Origin: Octopus sinensis | Lineage: Eukaryota | Reading direction: 5' to 3' | Assembly (NCBI RefSeq): GCF_006345805.1 | Contig: NW_021835474.1 | Span: 12,313 to 76,312, forward strand | DNA length: 64,000 bases | Shown: one piece after another, positions 24,648 through 38,000 of the stretch | Layout: the number at the start of each line of letters is the position of its first letter | Numbering within the stretch: the first letter of the stretch is position 1 | The notes under the pieces: generated by a model | Told to the model about the DNA's origin: nothing | Seen by the model: the letters and a program-made list of their open reading frames with translations, nothing else | Databases searched by the model: none | Program-made: the position numbers and the translations under genes

Positions 24648-24944
24648 TATAGTGTTGGTTATGGCAGTCAGAAATTTACCACCGGTTTCACATTGACAAT
24701 TGCACTCGGCAATATAGGCTACTCATCAGAGCTGCTGGCTGGAGACATGTAACCTCTCTAATTGAAGTCAAAATACGGTCTTGGTCAGATTGGAGGTAAA
24801 AAAAAAAGATGTGTGAAACAAAAACAAAAGAAAAGAAACGTTTCAGGGATTTTTTTCACCACCAAACTGACCAAGTTTGTATTTTTACCTCCATTATTGA
24901 AGACATTATGTACCTCCAGTCAGCAGGTCTCATGTTTAATTTAT

Positions 24945-25330
24945 ACTAGCAGTATCGCCCGGCGTTGCTCAGGTTTGTAAGGGAAATAACTATAAAGCAT
25001 TTTTTAGAGAGTTATAGCCAAAAAATAGCAAAAAAATGGAAAAGAATTATGGTAAATTTTTTTTTTAGTTAAAAAAAGGTGGAGTTGCGTCCCCTAGACA
25101 GTTTGCGGTTTGTGTTTCTGATTCTCGACCCCATGTCGAATTTATCGATTTTTTTCCGAACTGGGGGAACTTTTCAAAATTTTCGCTGCGTTAGTTTTGA
25201 ATTATGACATTGGGCTATGTGTGTGTCAAGTTTCATCAGAATCGGTTGAAAGCCGTGGTCAGGGTGAGGGTACAAGCAAACAGACACACAGAAACACGCA
25301 CAGACAAACTGCCGTTTATATAGAGAGAGA
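24945..25330 (+). mobile_element. Non-autonomous Helentron-like element (variant 3' part)
   Basis: Same 5' end as 17343. Confidence 0.65.
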
Positions 25331-25759
25331 TAGAGGAGACAAGTTCCCTAGGGGACATAGCCAGATTACCAGTGATTTCAAATCGGAGTTTGACTGGCAG
25401 AGGAGATCAGGTTGCACATGCTGGCCCTTTCGAAACTACGACCCCATAATCTAATCCCCCTTGGCCCATGGGTTGGGAGCCCTTCCAGCAAGGAAGAGGT
25501 TATGTTCGGATCACAATTAAGCCTTAACCTAAGCCTAAGCTAACCCAGTGAAAGGGGGCTCAGGAGCCTCTTAAAGGCAGCGACTAATCCCGATCTAGAA
25601 CTAACCCCTCCTAGGGGTACTATCGGTCGAGGCTACATCGGAGATCTACATTGGAGAAGGTTACATAGAAGGTTTGCACGCTATTACGCACACACACACA
25701 ATATGTCACATTCTCTACTATATATATTATATATATATTTAATAACGAACTATGTAATT

Positions 25760-26610
25760 CACACTCTGGAAAATTTATTTCTGTAAAATGTTGCGAGTGG
25801 GTAAAATTTCCGAGGCTTCCACCTCACCCCACCCTGTTTTTTGGACCCCCCCAAAAGGGTTTTAGAGCACATTAGGTTACAGGAATTCATTAAAAAAAAA
25901 AAAATTTCCAATGATTCTGGGACTGGGAGGGGTGGGGGGAGGCCTCGCTCCACCCCTTTTTTTCCGAACGAAAATAAGGGATTTGCAGCATATTAGGTCA
26001 GGATACTTGATTTCACGCAAAAAAAATCCGATTTCCATTTTTTTCCTTAGTGAAAATCGTATGGGTGAAAAGATCAATGGGGTGGGGATGAAATTTCCGA
26101 GGCTTCAACCTCACCCCACCCTGTTTTTCGGACCCCAAAAAGGGTTTTGTAGCACATTAGGAGGTCACAGGAATTCATTCAATGAAAACAAAATTCCAAT
26201 GATTCCGGGATGGTGGTGGTGGTGGAGGGGACTCGCCTTACCCCCTTTTTTCCCAAACCAAAATAAGGGATTTGCAGTATATTAGGTCAGGATACTTGAT
26301 TCTATGGAAAAAACCTGAGCTTTTTCCTTTTTTTAGTGAAAATCGTGCAGGTGTTAATCTAAAAATTTACCCTTTGTTTTTCTTTCTCACCATTGCTAGA
26401 CAGGTGACTTAACTCATATTAGCAAACTTACGGATTTCACCGACGTGGAAATTGGTAAAAGTTATGGTTGAAAATCGACTTTTACCACTATAAGCGGGTG
26501 TCTTGGGGAAAATAAGTTGACAAAAACACAGCCATGATCGTGACCAATGTCCTCCTAAAATTGGAGCGACATGTGTGTTAATTTGTGGTTGTGCATAAAT
26601 TACATTAATG

Positions 26611-26642
<32 letters not shown>

Positions 26643-29600
26643 ACACACACACATCCTGCCTTTTATAGATAAACTAGCAGTATAGCTCGGCGTTACCCGG
26701 GATTAAGTTAGGATTATTAAGTGATCAAGCGTTTTATTTGAAACCAAAATAAGTGATACCGACATCAAATTTGAGCGAAATTGTTGAAATTGGTAAACGT
26801 TTGGCTGAAAATTGGTTGCAGGCAATTTGATTGGGAAATCCCATAAGGAATCGATTTATCGATTATTTCCACTCATCGATTGTTTCTTTTTTTTTTTTTT
26901 GAGAACTTAAAGCATTCAAAGACCCCACGAGTCCTAAGTAATACTGGCATCAAGTTTGAGCAAAATGTATCAAAATTGGTTAAAGTTATGGTTGAAAATG
27001 GGGTGTAGCCAATTTTAGTGGGAAATCCTATAAGGAATCGGTTTATCAATTTTTTATCCTGATTGAATGGAAAACCCCAAATGGATGCCTGACACCGATA
27101 GTGCTTGGCCTTGGAATTTGTTGATGGACATGGCGAAGTATGGTCTCACCGGGAACTGTGATCTGCGGAAGTTAAACGGTATGTCTGACACCAAGGGATA
27201 AAGCTACATCCTTGAAATGAAAACATTTCCACTCCTCCCGCACCCTGTAACAATGGTGGCCTCAATCAAATGAGGCGTCAGGGACTTGATTACTAAGTGG
27301 GTCCCGTTGCACCGTTTAGGCGGAAGCAAGCTTTTGATTGGCATAATTGGGCACCCAGCCCTTAGCCTAAGAATGTGAGGTGGAAGCTCTGCTGGCTCCA
27401 ATGAGTTGAGAAACTCGAGAAGGTAATTGATAATGTCTTGGGGGTCGGAGGTCCGGTCAATCGATTTGTAGATGCGCTCCTCACCCGGAATTCGGCTTAT
27501 GAGCTGGTGCTTGATTGCACTGACAGCTACGTTTTTTTGGGCCAGGATGGTTCTTTCACCGAGCCAACTGATGTTTGCATAATTCCTTTCCAGATTGGGG
27601 AACACTGTTTCCAAAAGATCGGAAGGGTTGTCCACGGTGTTGCACAGTTCAGAGATGGATATGTCGCCCTTATCATTCCTAGGGACCTTGCCTTCTCCAA
27701 GGGATAAAATGTCTTCAGCAAATGCTGCAGACGTGCTATCACCAAGCAAGTGCACATGCATGTTTGTGCTTAGGCTTAACGTCTTAACCTGGAGCCACAA
27801 CATGGATAACTTAAGGCATGTGCGCACTTCATGAGCCCGGCTCCCTTTAGGGATGACAGAAGGGTCTGCCGGAAATCTCCTAAAAGCAATAATTACGCCA
27901 CTCATGGAAGCTGTAGAATCCCTGATACCTTTCAGTGACCGGTCCAGTGCCTCAAGAGCACCCTTATTGATCATTGTGCATACGTCCCATACAATGAGAT
28001 AGCACCATCTAAGAACTTCAGCTTCCTCTGAATTTTTGCCAATGTTTCAGGTAGAAACCTCGGCCCTCACCAAATATAAAGGCAGCTTGAATGCCGAGTG
28101 CGACGTCCTACCTCCCGGCAATAACGTAGCAGCGATTCTCGAGGAAGCAACGGTTATCGCAATTTGTTTCTCGCGACGAATCTTAGCAAGTATTAATTGT
28201 GTTACCGGATTTGCCGGTACCTCTAGCAGCACCGAGGAAAAATATGCCGCTCGCCTGTTTTTCAACGGCACTGACGACAGTTTCGTACACCAGCCTCTGA
28301 TCAGGGAAGAACTTCGGTTCATTTATTCTCAGGTACTCCGTAAGGCCATCAGCGTCATACGACAACTCCAGAAGTAACTTTGGTGGGAGTGTGTTAACGT
28401 CCTGTCGCAGTGAGGATGGCAAACCGAATGTGTTCAACGCTGCCCCATCCATTTTGAGCACGGCGTCCTCGATTTCAATCAGCGCATTATTGTAGATCAG
28501 GTCATTGTATCCAATGTCAACATTAGGGCACTGTTGCTTTGCCAGTCATCATTTGCCTTGACCACCGAGAAAGCAAAATTACGTACAGAGAATTTTATAA
28601 ACAGAAATGAATGGGAAAAAGGTTTTAGATTAACATTTGCACGATTTTCACTAAGAAAAAAAAATCGGATTTTTTGCGTGAAATCTAATATGCTAGCCTC
28701 TTAATATGCTACGAAACTCTTTTTGTGGTTCGAAAAATGGGGTGTAGTGTGGTGGAAGCCTCAGAAATTTCACCCCCCCATACCCATTGATCTTTTCACT
28801 ATCTATTTTTCAATGTACGTGGAAAAATACGGAGATTAAGAATATGGAAAACATTTGTTTTTAATCTCAAACTTACCATGAAAAACTCCAGGCAAATTTT
28901 TAGATAACACACACACGATTTTCACTAAGAAATTGTTACCTTCCTCTTTGTTTTTATGCTGTTAAATAAATGGGTTCTCAACAAAACACTTTTTTCCTCG
29001 GCGTAAAATAAAATAAACTCTTTCGCGCCCAAAGTAATGTGTGTGTGTGAAAAGTGGGGAGAAAGATGAACGATTTAAAATAAATAAATGATTTAAAATA
29101 AATATATTTTAATTGTGTGTGAGAAAGCATATATAATCTGATTATAAAATAGTCTTTCAAAAACATCCTAAATTTGAAGACTATATCTCGTGTTTAAGAA
29201 AAAAAAAACATTTTACATTTTTATTTTTGGTGAACGCTGTCACTTTCCCTCCCCCTCTCTCTCACACACACATACATCAACACACAACTTCTATCTCCTC
29301 ACACACACACATACATCAACACAACTTCTCCCTCTCTCCCTGACACACACACATTTTCACTTCGCTATGGAAGAAGGGACTTAACTCATGTTAGCAAACT
29401 TCAAAATTGGTAAAAGTTAAGGTTGAAAATCTATTTTTACCGCTACTCGAAGGTGCCTCGGGGAAAATAATTTGACGAAAATACAGCTAGGGTCGGGACG
29501 GACGTCCTCCTAAAATTGGAGCGACATACGTGCTAATTTGTGGACGTGCATAAATTATATTCACGTACACACACACACACATATCCTGCCTTTTATATAT

Positions 29601-30243
29601 ACAGATATATAAATAAGTGATTTAAAATAAATATATTTTAATTGTTGTGTGAGAAAGTATATATACTCTGATTATAAAATAGAGTGTCTTTCAAAAACAT
29701 CCCAAATTTGAAGACTATATCTCGTGTTTAAGAAAAAAAAAACATTTTACATTTTATTTTTGATGAACGCTATTACACTCTTCCTCACACACACTTTCTG
29801 TTTGTTAAATGCTGTTAAACTCTCTCTCTCCCTCACACACACACTTTCTCTACATTTTTGTTAGACACTGTCAAACTCTCTCTCTTCCCCTCACACACAC
29901 TTTCTCTTTACATTTTTTGTTTTGTTAGACGCTGTTAAACTCCTCTCTCTCTCACACACACACACACACATCAATACACAACTTCTCTCTCACCCTCACA
30001 CACTTTCAATTCCTTATGGCAAAAAGGGGACTTAACTCATGTTAGCAAACTTCAAAATTGGTAAAAGTTATAGGTGAAAATCGATTTTTACCGCTATCCG
30101 CGGGTGCCTCGGGAAAAGTAAGTTGACAAAAATCAAGCTAAGGTCGTGATGAATGTCCTCCTAAAATTGGAGATACATGCATGCTAATTTGTGGACATGC
30201 ATAAATTACATTCACACACACATCCTGCCTTTTATAGATATAC
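25760..30243. mobile_element. Cluster of Helentron-like elements with internal tandem repeats and repeated 3' ends
   Basis: 3' ends (CA)n-ATCCTGCCTTTTATA at ~26670, ~29607, ~30243; 5' end ACTAGCAGTATAGCTCGGCG at 26673; block ~29090-29607 repeated at ~29615-30243. Confidence 0.6.
27075..28560 (-). pseudogene. Helitron PIF1-like helicase fragment
   Basis: Degenerate Walker A GAARGTGKS, VASSRIAATLLPGGRTSHSAFKLPL, EFLNSLEPAELPPHILRL, CNGTHLVI, QFPVRPYFAMSINKFQGQ in broken frames. Confidence 0.9.
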
Positions 30244-31135
30244 AGATTACTCCAGTATATACAGCTTAAAATTATTATATGCAGTTGCTGGAGTTAACTT
30301 TACAATGGACTGGTGTCCTATCCAGAGAAGGGTCTTGTTATTTAGTTTGTTTAACACTGCAGAAAAGGGGATAAGTCCTGGTCTAATGAGTCGGGATAAG
30401 CACCTACATAAAAACGTTAAAGTCTGTTTCAAGACAGTGAATGATATCAGTGATTATGAAGTTTCTTTTAGTTACATAAAAGTGATTTTTAGACCGTTAA
30501 TGCTGTATTGCAGGTTGGTTATAATTCTATGTTTATGTGTGTGTATTGGTTATTTTTCTTGATATGCATTTTATGTGTCAAGTGGTTGCGTTTAGATTTG
30601 TTATCTGAATTCATAGGTCTTCAGATGTGGGAAGGATTTTTGAGATGTGAGGTTTTCGGTAAGTGAGGTTTTGATGTTTGTGTTTCCAGTTTAGATATCA
30701 CTAAGTTCATTTTGGTACTGTCATCTTTGAAATGTCATGTTTATTTCATTGACTAGAATTTCAGCTTCCAAGATTTTTTAACCATCTAGTGTGTTTGCTG
30801 TATTTATTTTCTTGATATAGGTCTCTGTAATAAATCTTTATTTATTGTCCCACGATTTTTTAACTGTAACTGCTTCCTCCTTTAGCATATTATCCAGTGA
30901 ATTATGTACTATATTCAACCATTCTTAAGATGTCAAAGTCAAATTGAGAGACCACATAGAGAGTTCCTTTGTTGTGTAGAGAAGTGGCTTTTCCAATCCA
31001 GAATACAAGAACTTCAAAACTGAATATAGTAAGATATATTGCTTAATATATATTCCGTGTATACAACTGAGAACTTTCTTATGAATTGTAGAATCCTGTG
31101 CTGCCATTTTGAGGATGTGGCTTCATTTCTTCTGA

Positions 31136-31284
31136 CTAATTCTCAGGTTTAAATGTATGATTCTTTTTTCTCAAACAAGTAATAAGTATGTATGTAGATC
31201 CTAATAACAAAACCATAAGAATTTCGAATAATCCAGTGAGATAAAAAGCAAAGTCATAACTTTCTGTGAGGTCTGTGATTTTAC
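31136..31284 (-). CDS. SLC16/MCT-like paralog B, coding exon 5 (last)
   Basis: Acceptor TTTTCTAG|GT; GKITDLTESYDFAFYLTGLFEIL...FKPEN*. Confidence 0.85.
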
Positions 31285-31639
31285 CTAGAAAAGAAAGAAA
31301 GAAAAAAGATTTTTAAGCCAAAAAGTCAGAGGTCACATGTAGACATTTAAAATTGCATTCTTTTACATTGTTTCATCACCTTTAATGGTATATGTTATCC
31401 GTATTTGTCTTCTGTGTACGGTTTTGTAGTTTTGTTAATCCAGACATCCATATATGTAGAATGCAATTGTAAATTAATAGAAAAATACTTAGTTCTATCT
31501 TTTATTGTCTTTATAATTTATCTGTGGTGAATAGATTTAACAGTCAATATCTCTGTGTTTCCTGTATCACAAGTTAGCCGCCAATCAGAAAGCAGATGAA
31601 GCTGACTGTAGGATCAAAGACATAGTAAAATTATATATA

Positions 31640-31945
31640 TATATATATTTTATAATTAGAGTTCAGCAAAGATTTGCTTTGCCACATACCGAAGCTTAGA
31701 AATAGCAGCCAGAGAACCTTAGCTATTTCCTCTACTTTAAAAAGAGATTCCTGGACAAAAACAAAGTACTCGAAAACAATCCTCGTAGGCAGAGATGAAG
31801 AATAACGAAAATCAATCGATATTTGATTACCCATGTACGCGTTTCAGAATTAGTTCGGTTATAAAGAATGTAGAATTTATACTTTACCCGGAACACTTTC
31901 CTCTTCAGCATGGGACTTCACAATATTAAATTATTATTGATTATA
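31640..31945 (-). repeat. Diverged single relative of the 545-bp hammerhead repeat
   Basis: Motifs TTTGCCACATAC..GAAATAGCAGC, CGCGTTTCAGAATTAG and TTCAGCATGGGAC in the same order as in the 59.9-62.5 kb units. Confidence 0.5.
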
Positions 31946-31964
31946 TATGTGTGTGTGTGTGTGT

Positions 31965-32470
31965 GTGGAGGTGCAATGGCCCAGTAGTTAGTGCAGCGGA
32001 CTCGCGGTCATAAAATCGCGGTTTCGATTCCCAGACCAAGCATTATGAGTAATTATTGAGCGGAAGCACCTAAAGCTCCATGAGGCTCTGGCAGAGGTCG
32101 GTGGTGAACCCTGCTGTACTTTCACCACAACTTTCTCTCACTCTTTCTTCCTGTTTCTGTTGTATCTGTATTTCAAAGGGGCCAGCCTTGTCACACTCTG
32201 TGTCAGGCTGAACCACCCTCGAGAACTACGTTAAGGATACACGTGTCTGTGGAGTGCTCAGCCATTTGCACGTTAATAAATGAGCTGCGACGTCACTGGT
32301 GCCAAGCTGTATCGGCCCCTTTGCCTTTCCCTTGGATAACATCGGTGACGTGGAGAGGGGAGGCTGGTATGCATGGGCAACTTCTGGTCTTCCATGAACA
32401 ACCTTGCCCACACCTGTACCTCGGAGGGTAACTTTCTAGGTAGCAATCCCATGGTCATTCATGACTGAAG
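31965..32470 (+). mobile_element. SINE family C, full length (tRNA-Arg-like head)
   Basis: TGGCCCAGTAG and GGTTTCGATTCCC boxes; tail shared with 2785-3118. Confidence 0.75.
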
Positions 32471-32543
32471 CAGGGTCACAAAAAAAAAAAAAATTACGGC
32501 TGACAAAGTCTGGAGCAGAAGAGATGAAGACTTTCACACTTAC

Positions 32544-33289
32544 CTACAAGAGTTGCCAATGGTATTGCACATATACCATTTACAGTGTAAGTATAACCAA
32601 TCGCTAGTGGGTAGGCTTCAACACCAACGACTTTTTTGAAGACCAGGGGACGTAATGTGGAGTACAAGCCGCGACAAAATCCATTCAAGACAACCAAGAA
32701 GACTAATGAAGTATAAGTGTTGCATAAAGGAGCGAAAATGAAGACCGTTCCACTGGCAGCACAAAAAATGTAAAATGTGAGAATGAGTATTGGCCTTATG
32801 TCGTAGAAGAGGCTGAAGAAGCAAAAGACGAATCTGCTTGCCAAACTCGAAATACTTATAAAAGTAATTAGTGTAATGCCCTCTAACATTGTATGGCCCT
32901 TTTCAACCCAAAAATCTACAATAAGGAGCAGAAGAAGGGAACCACAACATGTATTTATTGATGCACCAGTTGATAATATCAAAAACGTTTGTTTTTCAAT
33001 ATTTTCATATCGAATATTTTTAGTCGTTCAACCTTGGCATCAGATTTTGGTTTTCTGTCAACTTTTGATAATAATCCTGAAAAACACATGTTCAAACAGA
33101 ATCCAGAAATAATCAACAAAGCTCCTCTCCAAGAGTAGATATTTAATAAAAAATTCACTAAATACGGTACACATAAAATTCCAAATGGCGCACATAATGT
33201 CAATATAATGGATAGAATTTGAACATTTTTGTGGAATAATTTCTCCAGGGCTGCAAAACTGACGATATTGTTGATGGCTGCTCCAGAAC
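32544..33289 (-). CDS. SLC16/MCT-like paralog B, coding exon 4, 1-nt frameshift in an A5 run at 32981-32985
   Basis: Same splice sites as paralog A; 746 nt; paralog A has A6 at the equivalent position (6684-6689). Confidence 0.85.
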
Positions 33290-33385
33290 CTGAAATAGAA
33301 AATAAAGAAAGATGATTGTATGAATGATATTGTAGGTTTGTTACAGAAGCACACGGCCTGTAGATTATTCAGTGAGGGAATCTAT

Positions 33386-33783
33386 ATCTTTATATATAAA
33401 AGTGAAGTTGTGTGTCTGTCTCCTACGATTTAGATTCCTAACTACTCCCACATTTTGTGGTGCAGTTTAACCAAAAGCGGGTATCTTATAGTCGTGATTC
33501 ATATCGAGCCCTTCTGGGTATTAGTGAGCACTACGATGAGTCTACAATTTAAAAAAAAAATTACCATAATTTTTTTCCATTTTAATGCATTTTTTTCGCT
33601 ATTATATAAAGGAAGTAACTCTCTAAAAATGTCTACGATGAGTCAACGATTTAAAAAAAAAATTACCATCATTTTTTTCCATTTTAGTGCATTTTTTTGC
33701 TATTTTTTGGCTATAACTCTCTAAAAATGCTTATATAGTTATTTCCCTTACAAACCCGAGCAACGCCGGGCGATACTGCTAGT
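33386..33783 (-). mobile_element. Non-autonomous Helentron-like element
   Basis: Reverse complement of the 17343/37574 family. Confidence 0.7.
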
Positions 33784-33895
33784 AAGAAATGAATGGCTTT
33801 TGGTTTTGGTGTATGAATAGAACTGCTCTTGTAGAAAAGTTCATGTGTATTTCTGTCTGCATATGCATGTATTTTGGTATGTACGAATGTATATA

Positions 33896-34104
33896 CTCTT
33901 TTACTCTTTTACTTGTTTCAGTCATTTGACTGCGGCCATGCTGGAGCACCGCCTTTAATCGAGCAAATCGACCCCGGGACTTATTCTTTTGTAAGCCTAG
34001 TACTTATTCTATCGGTTCCCTTTTTGCCGAACCGCTAAGTGACGGGGACATAAACACACCAGCATCGGTTGTCAAGCGATGCTAGGGGGACAAACACAGA
34101 CACA

Positions 34105-34200
<96 letters not shown>

Positions 34201-34384
34201 TATATATTATATACATATATACGACGGGCTTCTTTCAGTTTCCGTCTACCAAATCCACTCACAAGGCTTTGGTCGGCCCGAGGCTATAGTAGAAGACACT
34301 TGCCCAAGGTGCCACGCAGTGGGACTGAACCCGGAACCATGTGGTTGGTTAGCAAGCTACTTACCACACAGCCACTCCTGCGCC
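33896..34384 (-). mobile_element. SINE family A, full length
   Basis: Reverse complement of consensus, TA on both sides. Confidence 0.9.
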
Positions 34385-34626
34385 TATGTGTAAATATATG
34401 TGTAAATCATTCACTGATACCAACATATGGCGAAAATATTTGAATTAATGAAGAGAGTTCAAGTCATTTTTCTTACAGCTGGTCTCCCTTACTCCATCAT
34501 TGGAGCTGATTTTTTTTACATCACTATGATCGCCATGTCAACTGGAGGTCCACCGTATAATTTAGCTGAGGAATAAAGTCACGCTGTTATTTTAAAGTTT
34601 GTTTCTTGTATTATTTTCATGGGTTA

Positions 34627-35031
34627 GGCGCAGGAGTGGCTGTGTGGTAAGTAGCTTGTTTACCAACTACATGGTTCCGGGTTCAATCCCCACTGCATGG
34701 CAACTTGGGCAAGTGTCTTCTACTATGGCCTCGGGCCGACCAATGCCTTGTGAGTGGATTTGGTAGACGGAAACTGAAAGAAGCCCGTCGTATATATGTA
34801 TATATATATGTGTGTGTGTGTTTGTGTGTCTGTGTTTGTCTCCCTAGCATTGCTTGACAACGGATGCTGGTGTGTTTATGTCCCCGTTACTTAGCGGCTC
34901 GGCAAAAGAGACCGATAGAATAAGTACTGGGCTTACAAAAGAATAAGTCCCGGGGTCGATTTGGTCGATTAAAGGCGGTGCTCCTGCATGGCCGCAGTCA
35001 AATGACTGAAACAAGTAAAAGAGTAAAGAGA
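34627..35031 (+). mobile_element. SINE family A, full length
   Basis: Consensus match, TA on both sides. Confidence 0.9.
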
Positions 35032-35724
35032 GTATGGATCATTCAGCTCTGGCTGGTGTTGGTTAGAAGTGCTTCATTATTACAACAGAAAATATGATGT
35101 GTCCTCCTGGGATCCTCTCAACTCCCTATCACAAGGGTTTTGTTCAGGTTACATATCAGTAAATATAGGCTCCCAGCGATCATTCAAGTTAGTTATTTAG
35201 AAATTGTTACACACTACGTGATTGGATCCGAGATCCAGTTCCCTCGCAATATTCAACCAATCAAAATACAGGACTTGGCTAAATATTCCAAACTCCCATG
35301 ATAAATCAAACGACCATTCATTAAAGATTAACATGTGGCGCCTATAAAAGGCTAGTCGACTACAAAATGCCACAACAGAAATGGGTCTTGCTACAAGACA
35401 TTTCTGTAGGAGAGGGAAACTCCAAAATTACTTCACATCATTGGAAAGCCAGAGGTATTACTCTTGTCTGTTACTGAATAACTTGGCTTTGGAGGTGAGA
35501 GTTTAAGTGATAATTTTCATCAATGGTTATATTCATCTACAATGTATGTATGTATGACTTCTCTTTCTCATTTTAATTTAGAGTAAATTTTGACCAACCA
35601 TTGACTTGATAGCAAAGTTGTGAAGGAAAGTATCCTGTTTCAATCGTCAGTCTTTAAATCTATAGAAAATCTTGCAGATTTCTATGAAAAGTCTGGCTGC
35701 ATACACGTTAGCATGACTGAGGGC

Positions 35725-36030
35725 TGGTGAACCAGATGGCTGCACCAGGCTCCAATCTTGATCTTGCAGAGTTTCTACAGCTGGATGCCCTTCCTAACGC
35801 CAACTACTCCAAGAGTGTAGTGGGTGCTTTTTACGTGCCACCGACACGGGGCCAGTCAGGCGGCACTGGTAACGACCTCGCACGAATCTTTTACACATGC
35901 CACCAGCATGGGTGCCAGTAAGGCGATGCTGGTAACGATCCCGCCCGAATGGTGTTTTTTACGTGCCACCGGCACGGAGGCCAGACAGCCGCTCTGGCAA
36001 CGATCACGCTTGGATGGTGCTCTTAATGTC
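35725..36030 (-). mobile_element. SINE-like repeat D
   Basis: GGCTGCACCAGGCTCCA...GGATGCCCTTCCTAACGCCAAC...TTTTACGTGCCACC as at 5530-5845. Confidence 0.6.
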
Positions 36031-36087
36031 TAACAATAAATCAAATGTGTCTTGGTTAGTATTTCATTTATAATTTGTTGAACTTAC

Positions 36088-36231
36088 CAAATAAGATTCC
36101 AAGTGAGAAAAACAGGAACCAAATGTTTGGTGTGAAGCTACTTGCAAACAAACCAATCGAACACAAAGCACTGGCAACGATAAACGACCGCCTGACACCA
36201 ATTTTTCTGTATAACATTCCTGCGAATATTC
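36088..36231 (-). CDS. SLC16/MCT-like paralog B, coding exon 3
   Basis: 144 nt, canonical AG/GT; GIFAGMLYRKIGVRRSFIVASALCSIGLFASSF. Confidence 0.9.
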
Positions 36232-37073
36232 CTGCAAATGAAAAGTGAGAATTTAAGAAAAATTTTGCTAAATTTTGCTAAATTTAAGGAATTTAAGGAA
36301 AATTTAAGGAAAATTTTGCTAATTGCTGAAGAAATAGAATAAGATAATTATTCAGAAATATTAAATTTCTAAATATCTCATAGAGATATGTACAGTGGTG
36401 GGGCGATAGAATGGTTGTATACTGTCAATCTAACGTGACAGTAGGGGATTACACCACCTCTGTTTAGCCCTGATGGCTTCGACACATTTTTTCCTGTGTC
36501 CTTATATACATTTTTTCCTGTGTCCTTATATACATTTACAAAGGGGAGACAAACACCCCCAGCAGCCAGGCCTGAATCTAGAGACACGCATATTTCAGGA
36601 TCTTTGTCCATCATCGGTCTAGAGTAGCAGAAGCCCGCCAGCTGCAGATATCTGTCCCGACTTCGCAAATATATATATCTAATTTTCAGTGAAGTTTATT
36701 CACTGATTACCAAAATCAGAAATATTAAATTTCTAAATATCTCATAGAGATATGTACGGTGGTGGGGCGATAGAATGGTTGTATACTGTCAATTTAACGT
36801 GACAGTAGGGAATTACACCACCGCTGTTTAGCCCTAGGAAGCATCGCCTGTTAATAAGAAAAGCAAAAAAAAAAAAGGAATTTTGTAGAATAACTAGCAT
36901 ACCCATGTCATCAAAAATGCTGACAGTTATAAAAAAAAATTGCACAACAGCACAATGAGGGAAACCATTGATAAATGTCAGCAATCTAGTAAATGTATGT
37001 ACAATCACAGAATAAAAACATTTCAAGAATCAGATGTGGGTGTAACGTCCTGATTGAAAATATTGTCCACATA

Positions 37074-37250
37074 GGCACAGGAGTGGCTGTGTGGTAAGTA
37101 GCTTGCTAACCAACCACATGGTTCCGGGTTCAGTCCCACTGCGTGGCACCTTGGGCAAGTGTCTTCTACTATAGCCTAGGGCCGACCAATGCCTTGTGAG
37201 TGGATTTGGTAGACGGAACCTGAAAGAAGTCCGTTGTATATACCTATATG
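37074..37250 (+). mobile_element. SINE family A, 5' half
   Basis: Head and core, no tail. Confidence 0.8.
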
Positions 37251-37573
37251 TGTTGTGTCTTTGAATTAATGACAGAACTTATGGGATGACCTGATATATA
37301 TATATATGTACATTTATAATTAAGGATATCTAAGAGATACTACCATGCTAGAAATAGCAGCCAAAACTTGACTCTAAAACCACATTGAATGTTCATAGAG
37401 CACCAGGAGAAAAGACAAAAAGACAAAATAAACTAGCAAAAAAATTGCAATTCTAGACCTGGAACTATCCAGTTATTGTTTTCCAAAAGTGTAAGGATAT
37501 AACATAGGTTATTCACAAATGGCTCCAAATGAGAAGACGAGAGGGCAAAGGTTACTGACCAAAATATTAGTTT

Positions 37574-37943
37574 CTAGCAGTATCGCCCGGCGTTGCTCGG
37601 GTTTGTAAGGGAAATAACTATATAAGCAAAAAAATGCATTAAAAATGGAAAAAAATAATGGTAAATTTTTTTTTAAATCGTTGACTCATCGTAGACATTT
37701 TTAGAGAGTTACTTCCCTTATATAATAGCGAAAAAATGCATTAAAATGGAAAAAAATGATGGTAAATTTTTTTTAAATCGTAGACTCATCGTAGACGTGC
37801 GCTAATACCCAGAAGGGCTCGATATGAATCACGACTATAAGATACCCGGTTTTGGTTAAACTGCACCGCAAAATGTGGGAGTAGTTAGGAATCTAAATCG
37901 TAGGAGACAGACAGCACACAACCTCACTTTTATATATAAAGAT
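37574..37943 (+). mobile_element. Non-autonomous Helentron-like element
   Basis: Family match to 17343. Confidence 0.7.
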
Positions 37944-38000
37944 TTCCTTGTTTTTTCTACTGGTAGTAAAACTAATTGCTATTAGTTTACGAATACTTAC

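Noticed and set aside
30600-30930. Possible additional Penelope-like RT remnant
   Set aside because: Too degenerate to assign by eye
36355-36850. ~130-bp direct repeat pair as LTRs
   Set aside because: No TG..CA ends, PBS or PPT; more likely a local duplication
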